From NCBI GenBank assembly GCA_951406725.2, contig OX597835.1, positions 27,342,001-27,406,000 of the forward strand: DNA of 64,000 nucleotides, read 5' to 3'. This DNA is from Octopus vulgaris (Eukaryota). Shown piece after piece: positions 34,716 through 45,651 of this stretch. The position numbers and the translations under genes are program-made. The notes beneath the pieces were generated by a model. It did not search any database. It worked only from the letters and a program-made list of their open reading frames with translations, and was not told the origin of the DNA. Positions within the stretch are counted from its first letter, which is position 1. Every line of letters begins with the position of its first letter.

Positions 34716-37700
34716 CTGAAAAATAGGAAAAGAGAAAAACAAATATGTATATATTTCTTTACTACCCACAAGGGGCTAAACACAGAGGGGACAAACAAGC
34801 ACAGTTACTTTGGTGCTACTTTGGCATGTGATCGACAAGAGAGATTACTTTAGGTCACTTTTTAAATCATTTTGTAATTACTTAGCATTGTAAATGCATT
34901 TAAAAAGATTCTTATAATTGTTCGTTTAACGTCTGCTTTCCATGCTAGCATGGGTTGGATGATTTGACTGAGGTCTGGCGAACCAGATGGCTGCCCCAGA
35001 CTCCAATCTGATCTGGCAGAGTTTCTACAGCTGGATGCCCTTCCTAACACCAACCACTCCATGAGTGTAGTGGGTGCTTTTTACGTGCCACCGGCATGAG
35101 GGCCAGTTAGGTGGTACTGGCAATGGCTACGCTCAAATGGTGCTTTTTATGTGCCACCTGCACAGGAGCCAGTCCAGCGACACTGGCAACGACCCCGTTC
35201 GAATGTTTCTTTTTTCAAAAAAGCCCTATAATAATTAAAATAAATGCATAGATCACCCACCAAAGTAAATTTGCTCATGTAGATCACATGGAAAGTAGTA
35301 CTAACACAAACTGAAAAGTAATCTCCTTTGAAATTGGAGATGAAACAGCAAAGTGGCAGGTTTCTTTTTCTTAAGAAAAGACGTGAATTTAGTGCTAGTT
35401 TCTCGTAAAAATGCAACTGCCTTCATCTTGTCACTCATCACATTGCAAAAATCTTTAACCAACATCTTACGGGTTTTTAGAAATTGAAAAGTAAACTAAA
35501 AAGTAATCTCACTCGTAGATCACTAAGTTTTAACATTCTACCTCACTTCCGCCGTTTATAGCAGTGCTTGGAAGGAAGGTGTGTAGCGTGTGATAGTGAC
35601 ATTGACCATGACTGAGAAAGTTGTCATAGCAATACACGCTCAGAGGCCTGCGCAAAGTTGCAGAGAGTGCATGGAGAGCAGTATGAGCTGCATACAAGGG
35701 TACAAATGGTTCAGACATTTCCAAGATGGCTGAAAAAAATGTCGATATTGACGAACGTTCTGAGAGACCCACAACCAGTAGAACTGAGAAAAACATTGCA
35801 GATGTGCATTCAGATATGAGGGGAAATCGTTGAATCACCATCCGTGAGTTATCAGAGCACATGCAGATTAGTCACGGTTCAGTTCAGTCCATTATCTTCA
35901 TATTCCAAGAAACTAAATATACACCAAGTAATATTATCAAACCATTACGAAAAAGGTGCAAAATTTAAACTTTACTATACTTAACCCTTTTGTTACCGTA
36001 TTTATTCTGAGATGCTCTGTGTTTCTTTCAATTATTTTAAATATAACAAAGAATTTAGTTATCATTAAGCTAGTGTTAGGAATATAAATTGTGACTAAGG
36101 TTTGGTAGAAGATTTTAATTCAAATCTTATGAAAACAAGACACTTGTACTACAGAGCCAGAGGCAGTTTCAAAAGGGTTAAGAATTGTTTCTCTATTATA
36201 TATTTTAACCCTTTTGTTACCATATTTCTGTTGAGGTGCTCTGTTTCTTTCAATTAATTTTAAATATAACAAAGAATTTAGTAAAATAACTTAGTTATCA
36301 TTAAGCTGGTGTTAGGAATATAAATTGTGACTAAGGTTTGGTGGTATATTTTGATGCAAAACTTATGAAAGCAAGACATTTGTACTACAGAGCCAGAACT
36401 GGTTTTGGCCGGGTTGGTAACGAAAGGGTTATAATCAATAAAATTTCTTCCTTCTCAGTACAACAAAATTATTTCTATATCCATTACTTTAAAATACAAA
36501 ATTTTTTCAGTACCTCAACTTAAATATCAACCTATTTTAATAAACCAATAAATATATATTTAATTAAATCATTGGACTGTGGTCACGGTGGACTATGTAC
36601 CACGTGCTGAGGTACATAGTCCTATAAGTAGTCTGATCAATAAGTATCCGGACTGTTGCCATAGTAACGATGCAAAAGCACGCAGAGTGAAGCCGCTTGG
36701 CACACATTGACCTTGAACTCTGCTGTGCATGTGTACTAAGTTTTAACGTTCTAGCTCACTTCTGCTCTTTACAGCAGTGCTTGGAAGGAAGGTGTCTGCT
36801 AAGTTTGTGCCGAAACTGCTTTCAGCTGGCCAAGAAGACATCTCCAATTTAAAAGGAGATTACTTTTTAGTTTGTGTTAATACTACTTTCCAGGTAATCT
36901 ACATGAGCAAGAAGACACACAGGTTTCAGTTTGCACAAGATAGCCTTAATTTTGTTGGGAACAATGGAAATTTTTTGAAAACTCTGCAAGGCCTCTGAGC
37001 AGGTATCACCAAGCTTTTGGCAAACTTTGATGCTGATTCTCTGCTCAACTTTCTCTGTTCTGTCAACGCGACGATTACACGCGACACACCTTCCTTCCAA
37101 GCACTGCTGTAAACAGTGGAAGTGAGCTAGAACGTTAAAACTTACTACACGTGCACAGCAGAGTTCAAGGTCAATGTGTGCCAAGCGGCTTCACACTGTG
37201 CTTTAGCATTGTTACTATGGCAACAGTCTGGATACATATTGATCAGACTACTTATAGGTCTATGTACCTCAGCACGTGGTACATAGTCCACCGTGACCAC
37301 AGTCCAATGAATGAATCCAGGAAATAAAAGAATACTCTAGCCTGGATGGTGCCCAAGCACAGCCATACTCTCAACAATGCGCCCTTAAATATGGTTTCTG
37401 ATTACAAATATCTTGGGTCATACATATCATCATCTGGAAAAGATTTTCTAACTAGAAAGGGTATGGCTTGGTCAGCTTGTAATGACATGCATAAGATCTG
37501 GTCATCAAATTAAGTAGAGACTTCAAATTTAAAATCTTCAAAGTCACAGTCGAACCAATTCTACTATATGGCTCAGAAACCTGGGCTTTATCAAAGAAGC
37601 TTGAGAGGCGGTTGGATGGAACCTACACTTGCCTCCTTATGAGAGCTCAAAGTCTCTCGTGGAAGCGTCATCCAACCAAAATACAAATATATGGGAAACT

Positions 37701-40700
37701 ACCACCTGTGTCATCTATTGTGAAAGGTAGGAGAGTCCAGTTTGTTGGACATTGTTGTAGAGCTGAAAACGAGGCAATTTCTACTCTTCTCCTCTGGAAG
37801 CCATCTAGTCGCAATACCAGAGGGCGCACACTCTCCTACCGTGATGTAATCTCCAGGGATACAGGCATCTAGCAACAGGACTTCCGTAATGCTTTGATGG
37901 ACCGTGAAGTCTAGCGTAGCATGGTAAATTCCATTGTCTCGACCACGGTCGAACAATGATGACAGCCATAGACCAAAGGAAAGAAAATAACTTACTGACT
38001 GGTTTTCCTCCTTCCCATCGTGTAGCCTTTACAAATGCCTGAGACTGTTTCTCAGCTGCGGCTCTTGGTGCTGGTTGGAGACAAGATCGCACAACTTTGG
38101 CACAGATCGATGAAAACTGCACATAGCTAAAAAAAAAAAAAATTTTTTTTTTAAAATTACAAAACAATGTAAGTTGTTCTTAAAAATTAAACTTTTTTTC
38201 TAAAGTATTATTTAATATTTATTGGCGTAGGAGTGGCTGTGTGGTAAGTAGGTTGCTTACGAACCACATGGTTCCGGGTTCAGTCCCACTGCGTGGCACC
38301 TTGGGCAAGTATCTTCTACTATAGCCTCGGGCCGACCAGTGGATTTGGTAGACGGAAACTGAAAGAAACCTGTCGTGTGTATATATATATATATATATGT
38401 ACGTGTATATGTTTGTCTGTGTTTGTACCCCCCAACATCTGGACTTAGCACCGTCTGTACTTGGCCGATGCCAGCGCCGCCATGACTGGCTTCTGTGCTG
38501 GTGACACGTAAAAAGCACCAACCGTTCGTGGCATTGCCAGCCAACCCAGGCACCTAAAAAGCACCATCCGTACGTGGCCAATGCTAGCGCCGCCTTGACT
38601 GGCTTCCGTGTCGGTGGCACGTAAAAACAACCAACCGATCGTGGATGCTGCCAGCCTCCACTGGCACCTGTGCCGGTGGCACATAAAAAGCACCATCCGT
38701 ACATGGTTGATGCCAGCAGCACCTTGACTGGCTTCCGTGCCGGTGGCACATAAAAAGCACCTAGTACACTCATGGAGTGGTTGGTGTTAGGAAGGGCATC
38801 CATCTGTAGAAACACTGCCAGATCAGACTGGAGCCTGGTGCAGCCTCCTGGCTTCCCAGACCCTGGTCGAACCGCCCAACTGATATATACATCCATCAAA
38901 TGACACATGGGAACCGCTATAGTGGCTGTTTTAGCTCCAGATCAATCCCAATCAAACAGACATCCTTATGAACAAAGGCATTCCAACCAGGACCACTCCA
39001 TTTCTTGGAACGTGTGAATATATAAGATTTTCTAATGCATCCTTCCTCTTGTTTTAAGATGGTAGAGTGCAAATTGAAGGAGACCTGGCTGCTGTTTCTA
39101 ACAAGTTGAGTGACCACTGAGAGGCTCGTCCTCAATATGCTTGCTTGACCTACTAGAGACAGTAGCTGTATCTTATTCTATTATCTTGAAACATTAGATA
39201 ACGGAATAAATGACAAAGTGGTCGTCACTGGAATTTTTGTGATCATAAATCTGCTTGACTCGGGTGAATTCGGGACTGAACAAAACCATCATTAAAATTT
39301 AAATTGAGAAACAGGTGTTTTGTACTTTGACCCCTGCCCATCTCAACTTGAATAAGGGACAGAATGAGTGATACACCAAACAATTTTTCTAAAATTGAAT
39401 AAAATAAAGATGAATACACATGCACTTGTACATGATGAACAAAATGAATAATAATTATTCCTACTCTAGGTACAAGGCCTAGATATTTTTTAGAGAAGGG
39501 GGCAAGTCGATCAGATCGACTCCAGTGCATAACTGGTACTTATTTCATCGATCCCAAACGGATGAAAAGCAAAGTCGACCTCGGCAGTGTTTTAACTCAG
39601 AACGTAGTGGCAGACGAAATACCTATTTCTTTTCTACCCACAAGGGGCTAAACACAGAGGACAAACGGATTAAGTCGATTATATTGACCTTAGTGCGTAA
39701 CCGGTACTTATTTTGCGGGAGGGGAATAGTCGATTACATCGACCCCAGTACTCAACTGGTACTTATTTCATCGATCCCGAAAGAATGAAAGGCAAAGCCG
39801 ACCTCGGAGGAATTTCAGATCGTGCAGACGGACAAAATACCGCTAAGCACTTCGCCAGGCGTGCTAATAATAATGTCAAGTGTTTTGGTGCGTGACTTTT
39901 GGCTTATCCGGTATAATTCCTACATTTTTAAAGAACTCTTTCAGACGTTTCAATTATTCTGTGTAAGCATTGAAAACAAGTGATAAGTGATACCCAAATT
40001 ACGTAACAAAAAGTTTCTGTTGAGGAATGAAACCGAAAGAGTTTTGTTACTTTTTGTTTTTCAATCACTTAACATTTTAATAAAATAAAAGAAAAAAACA
40101 TTGAATTTCTGCATAAGAACATTTAGGAGCGAAAAAAGAAAAGCAATTTATTTTCTTCTTTATATCACAGATAAGTGACGCAGTCAAGGTGATAGAGAAT
40201 TTACGGTTTGTGTATGTGTGAGGTCAATCCACGCTCTCATTAAAAACGACTATCTTTCAGACACACTTTACCTAAATTACAACATCCCAATGTTGTTGGC
40301 ACTTTTTCTTAAGACAGTATAGTGTGATTTGAAGGAGTCTACATGCTATTTCTTGCCTAATTTGGTATATTTTCTTTAATTAGTATCTCTCTATCAACTT
40401 CCTGCACAACCTACAGCTACGTTTTTAATCTACCCGAAACGAATAAAATTAGAACAAGTATATATAATTAATTATAATAATAATAATGGTTTTAAATTTT
40501 AGCACAAGGCCAACAATATCGGGGTTGGGATAAGTCGATTACATCGAGTCCCAGTGCTCAACTGGTATTTATTTTATCGAGTCCGAAAGGATGAAAGGCA
40601 AAGTCGACCTCGGTGGAATTTTAACTCAGAACGTAAATGCGGACGAAATGCCGCTAAGCATTTGCTCAGCGTGGTAATACCACCAATAATAATGATAATA

Positions 40701-41321
40701 AATAACAACAACAATTAATGTAGACCTCAATTAGCCAGGCACAAGTCGACCCCGTTGCTGTGTCCTGTCCTTGGAAGTGAAAAGGCAAAGTGAAGACTTT
40801 ACCGCACAGGGCAAAATATTACAAGAAGCTCCGATAAAAATAATGAAAATTATTATAAACACAGCTTTGCGTACAACATACCAGAACCGGTATTTTAAGA
40901 CAAATGGCTAAAATACATTCGTTCTTTCACCTTTTGCATAACATATTTGGCCGCATGTCACAGATACACCTTCGTTTCACATGCATAATTAAATGCCTGT
41001 CTAACGATTAAGTACGACCTTCTTCCACCGAAATTTGGCAATTTTAAAGAATTACACTGAGTAGGGGATGAATATGTATTACATAAAAAAAAAACTAGCA
41101 TATTTCTCTAAAGATATCCTCGACGGGAACTAAATAAAAACGGAAGGACAAGGTTTTACAAAACGACGTTGAGGTTTTTCGCTTTAGCTTATCTCTTATT
41201 TTGCATATATTATATTCGTTCTGCATGTTTTAAATACTGGGTAAAAGCAGTGGTGTTATCGTATTAATAAAATAGAAGAAATAGTTTACTTTAGTCCAGC
41301 TTGACGCCAAAATGTAGACAT
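34693..41321 (-). CDS. ATP5F1E: Mitochondrial ATP synthase F1 subunit epsilon, complement(join(34693-34715,37996-38126,41290-41321)), 61 aa MSTFWRQAGLNYVQFSSICAKVVRSCLQPAPRAAAEKQSQAFVKATRWEGGKPVKVAAEKS
   Basis: WRQAGL.Y..(F/Y)S.ICAK.VR signature of epsilon subunits and the invertebrate-type W..GKP tail. Two GT-AG introns with consistent phases (2, 1); 186 nt including the stop. Confidence 0.93.
35525..35900 (+). mobile_element. mariner 5' fragment (HTH region)
   Basis: DERSERPTTSRTEKNI...ITIRELSEHMQISHGSVQSII; its 5' leader matches the arms of 36569-37310. Confidence 0.75.
35985..36428 (+). mobile_element. Tandem dimer of piggyBac-type MITEs
   Basis: Copies at 35985-36177 and 36209-36428 separated by ttaagaattgtttctctattatatattttaa. 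Confidence 0.85.
36569..37310. mobile_element. Foldback mariner derivative (two 5' ends, ~226-bp inverted arms)
   Basis: Arms 36569-36795 and 37086-37310. Internal + strand VSAKFVPKLL (WVPHEL-type linker) and - strand EQRISIKVCQKLG (N-terminal HTH). Confidence 0.82.
37330..37962 (+). mobile_element. RTE/RTE-X-type LINE 3' fragment in ATP5F1E intron 2
   Basis: YKYLGSYI...AWSACNDMHKIW...VEPILLYGSETW...LDGTYTCLLMRAQ...VGHCCRA, ending in a (GAT)n-like tail. Confidence 0.82.
37996..38126 (-). CDS. ATP5F1E: ATP5F1E coding exon 2 (YVQFSSICAKVVRSCLQPAPRAAAEKQSQAFVKATRWEGGKPV)
   Basis: Poly-T plus ag acceptor and |gtaagt donor on the minus strand. Confidence 0.94.
41290..41321 (-). CDS. ATP5F1E: ATP5F1E coding exon 1 (MSTFWRQAGL-N)
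   Basis: Minus strand reads caccATGtctacattttggcgtcaagctggactaaa|gtaaac. Confidence 0.92.
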
Positions 41322-41480
41322 GGTGAGTGAAGAAGGTTGAGCGAAGAGAAGAACCAGGCGAAGCAGAAAGGTGGAGGTAACCTTGACAGAACTCACCCAG
41401 AATGCACCACTTCAACCGGTGAACACTGAAAAGAAGCTTCCTATGAAATTACATCTGCCTGCAACGGTAGTTGTCGAACG
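41322..41480 (-). promoter_or_regulatory. Candidate 5'UTR/core promoter of ATP5F1E with pyrimidine-rich leader
   Basis: Unique, CpG-containing sequence immediately upstream of the ATG; minus strand reads cctttctgcttcgcctggttcttctcttcgctcaaccttcttcactcacc. Confidence 0.55.
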
Positions 41481-41538
41481 GTTGTTCTAGATAAGATTTT
41501 TGTTGGGGGTGGGGGTGGGGGCTACTCAAACAAAATTG

Positions 41539-41938
41539 GGATCTTTTCGGTTTGAACGGTAGTTTTTTAAAATAATTTCCACGTAACTAAACACTTTTAA
41601 ACTTCGTATACTGGTAGAATGTGTTTATTAAACATCTTTTTTCTTAGCTTTATTGAGAAAATTCTATAGTTTGTAAGATATTTGTTGTTTTTTTACTGCA
41701 ATTTCAACAAATCAATGACGTTTATTGAGGTGAAAACATTCTGTGCCGTATGAATATGTCCCTCGTTTAAGAAACAGATTGGGTTTATTTACATTTGTGA
41801 AGAAAAAAAGATACCCTTCCCCCCAATCCTAACCCTAAAACAGATTGAAATGCAATAGATCGATACTGGGGTCATAATTATGGGTGACAATTTCATATGA
41901 CACCGCTAGAAAAACTGCCGTTCAAACCGAAAAGATCC
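41539..41938. mobile_element. Merlin-like MITE
   Basis: ~29-bp TIRs GGATCTTTTCGGTTTGAACGG(T/C)AGTTTTT; 8-bp TSD caaaattg/caaaatag (7/8 match). Confidence 0.75.
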
Positions 41939-41986
41939 CAAAATAGTAAAATTGGAGGTCCTTTAAAGGTCATGAGAACATTTTGT

Positions 41987-42197
41987 GGCGATCTTACGGT
42001 ACAAATACCATAACTGCTACGTGTGTTTGTTTACATTTGAAGAAGATCGTCACCCTCCGTAAAGTTTTTTTTTTATATGGGGGGGGGGGTTTATGGTTAG
42101 GGGTGGGAGAAAAGGGTTTCTTTTTTTCTTCAGAAATGTAAACAAAACCACGTTGGTTTATAATTGGCAGTTATGGTACTTGTACCGTAAGATCGCC
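41987..42197. mobile_element. Merlin-like MITE
   Basis: ~31-bp TIRs GGCGATCTTACGGTACAA(A/G)TACCATAACTGC; perfect 8-bp TSD cattttgt. Confidence 0.85.
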
Positions 42198-44339
42198 CAT
42201 TTTGTTTTAGGAGCACTTGTTGCAAGAAACATTTAGGTTTCTTTCTTTAATGTTTTACACAGTTCAAACTATACAAGTGAATGTGTGGGAAGCAAATTTT
42301 GAAAGACGTATCTGTAAAATTAGTTTTTAAACATCGAATGACTAGCAGGGGAGGGGGGCACTAGAATAAAAATAGTGATCAAAGGGTTCCATAGACCAAA
42401 AAATAGTTGGGAACCACTGGTCTTCAATAATGATTATTTATCTGTGATTTTTTCTTTTACTTTATGCTCTGGGTTTTATTTTTCCTTTTGGTAATTTTGA
42501 TAACTACGATGACAGAAGGGAGATGACTCTATATTTATAAATGACAAAACACAGCCAACGTTGGAACCTCTTCCATTTCACTTCTAGACGTCTTACAAAC
42601 GACCTATCCCCGTGTTTGACAATAGTGATTGAAAATTTGGAGGAAGGGCTAGACGATCACATCGACTTCAGTGCTCAATTGCTACTTATTTTGTGGACCC
42701 CGGAAGGATGAATGATGAAGTCGACCTCAGCGGAATTTGAACTCAGAGCATAAGGATGGATGAAATGCCTCTGAACATTTTAACCCTAAGTTTCCAGTTG
42801 CCCCGAATTAAATGTCTTTATCTCTGAGAAACCTGAAGTTTAGAGTTATAACTTTCAAAATATATTTACACAAATCAAATAAATTATTTATAATGTTTTT
42901 ATTTTTGTTTATTTTCTTAAAGCCAATAAAATATTTTAAATTATGAAACCCACTTTTGATTTATTGGGCCCTTTTATATTCAAAAATACATTAAATTTAA
43001 CTGAGTCCTTATGAATCTAACAAGGTTCTTCTAAATTTTGGGGCTCTTTGATTTAACAGGGCCCTATTAATTATCTGATGTCCCTGTCTTACTGAGCTAA
43101 TTTTCCATCACATTTCTTAAAAATCATGGTAGAGGCCTTGGTCTGAGACCACTCATGTCTAAAAACTGAGGTTGGGCTTCAGCAAGGGCATGCTCCCTAT
43201 AGAAAATCCAGCTTCAAAAAAGCTTCATGATAGCAAGGGAGAATGGGCACTAGCCAGCCCAAGGTTTGGGGTGGACTGCACCTGTCTGCCTCAGTTGCTA
43301 TGGCACTGAGGTAGATTCGGCCACCCCCGTTAACAGGGACAACACCTGGATTTAAAACACTGGATGATGATGATGATGATATAGGTTATCTTTAACATTT
43401 CCAGTAAATATAGAAAACTGGATATGTTTCAGCATTATTCTAAGCTCTTCAGCGAAATATTGACTTTCTCACAAATGTTCCCATCATTTGTTGTTATTGA
43501 TATTTGTTTTTTTATAACTGTTTATTTCTGAAGTAGGTTCTTTCAATGGATTGTTACTTTCTATTTGTAGTAGCTTTTATCTTTAACTTGCTTCAGTCAC
43601 TGGACTGCAGCCATGCAGGAGCACTACCTTGGAGGATTTTAGTCGAACAAATCAACCACAGTAATTATCTTTACGGTATGGCACTTATTCTGCTTGTCTC
43701 TTTTGCTGAACCCCTAAGTTATGGGGACATAAACAAACCCACACCAGCTGTCTAGCTGTCAGTGCATTCTGAGTTCAAATTCTGCTGAGGTCAACTTTGC
43801 CTTTCATCCTTTTGGGGTCGAGAAATTAAGTACCCATGAAATACAGGGGTCGATGTAATCGACTTATCTCTGCCACCAAAACTGCTGCTCTTGTGACAAG
43901 ATTTGAAGCCATTATTAATTATTATTATTATTATTATTATCATTATTATTATTAAGGCAGCAAGCTGGCAAAATCATTAACAAACTGAACAGCTGCAAGG
44001 GATGGAGTACACACAGTCTTTGGTTAAATCCTCTTCTATTGTTGGTTTTACTCAAAGGAGGGTATATCAGCCAAAACAAGATGAGGACAAATATCTGTCA
44101 AATGTAAATAATGTATGTTTCTTTCGGTTTGACTCTCACCAAAGGCAAATTGCCAAAAGAGGAAAAAACTTGTTATCCCCAAGTTTCTCACCGGTTTCCG
44201 CTACTTCAGCTCCTACATTGATGTCATTTAAAGACCCTAAATAAATTAATACAATAAATGAAATGCAATGATTATTCGGTCTCCAACATCCACATTCATT
44301 CATCTTGTAAGAATTAGCACTTCCTTCTCTAAGCCTAGA

Positions 44340-44700
44340 TTTGAAACCAAATCCAAGAATCCTCGGTCGCCCAAACCACGGCAACCAAAGGCGCGAAAAG
44401 AAGATTTGCTTTGTTCCGTCAAAAAGTGGTTGATCATCTCCCTTTGACCTGTGACCTCAGCCATGTCAGGCGAAGTTCAACTGGACAAGTGCTGACCTAC
44501 TTAAGCACTGTCTCTGCTGCAGTATGTCTGTTTTTCTAGCTGTCACAAATATTATAAATACAAGGGTGAAACAGAGAGGCAGAAAATCGCAGCGGAGACG
44601 GGAGCAGACACATGAGATAGAGCTATCTACGACCCAAGTTTTTGGCAGACGACAGAGACAGAAAAAGTGCCGATTGACTACTGTTTCAAATGAAACACGC
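44340..44700 (+). promoter_or_regulatory. Candidate promoter/enhancer (E2F-like GGCGCGAAA, DR1 TGACCTgTGACCT, TATAAATA)
   Basis: Non-repetitive CpG-containing island with motifs at 44390-44398, 44445-44457 and 44553-44560; no downstream exon identified. Confidence 0.35.
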
Positions 44701-45400
44701 ACACACACACACAAACATATTCATTTCCAATATGTACTCTATTCAAGCGACTTGTAGCAGTTGCCTGCATTTGTGTATGTAGTGACCAATCACTAAACTA
44801 ACACTGCAAATTAATCATTTTTAATCATAAATCGGTTTATGTATTTGTTTACATACACACATAACCACTACAATCTCTTTCTTCGTGGAAAAGATGCTAG
44901 TCTCTTGTAAGTCATTTCAGTTACTGTTAACTCCAGCTTGGTCATAGCCATCTCTGACAAGCAGACCCATGATACAAGATGTTCTTATATTAGTGTACCT
45001 TGGACTACATTATCCAATGTGTTTTTCCTTTTAAGACTGTAGGGTGTATAGATAGATAGATAGATTTGGTGAAGGAGAGATTTTCTTCAGGGAGATTTGG
45101 CTGCTAATTCTATCAAGTAGGTCTTCAGAGAAGTTTTATTCATTGGCTAATTTGAACTCAAGACTGCAAGCTAACACAAACATTTATCAATTTCTGCATC
45201 CCTGCTAATAACAGTGAATTTTTCAATGTTGTCTATTTTATAAACTGTTCAAAAGTCAAATAAATTAGTCTACTGTGAAAGAAAGAAGAGAAGCTTAATG
45301 TTTTTGGTGGAAACTCTTTGTCAGACAAAAGGTTTTTCTCTCTCGTAAAACTAATTCATTCCACATTTAAACTGTTTATCCTCACTAACCAACAATTCAG

Positions 45401-45651
45401 CAAAGACATACATCATCTCGAAAGAGTCCAGAAGCTGGCTACCCACATGGTTCTTGGTCTCAAGCATTTGTCTTATGAAGAAAGGCTGAAGACATTTGAC
45501 CTTTATTCTCAAGGAGAGGGGCTTTCTCCGTCCAGGTTGTGGATCTGTGGAATGAGCTGCCAGACGAGATAGTGAAGATACCGATGACCGCTCGGTTCAA
45601 AGTCTCTCTTGACCAGAAATGGCCTGAACTCATTGTATGACCACCCTCCCT
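45401..45651 (+). mobile_element. Internally deleted CR1 fragment flanked by 56-bp direct repeats
   Basis: Same family as 5135-5603; identical flanks at 45345-45400 and 45652-45707. Confidence 0.82.

Noticed and set aside
41319-41328. + strand ATG|GTGAGT suggesting an ATG-only first exon
   Set aside because: Better explained as the antisense of the ATP5F1E start (caccATG); no downstream + strand exons were found.
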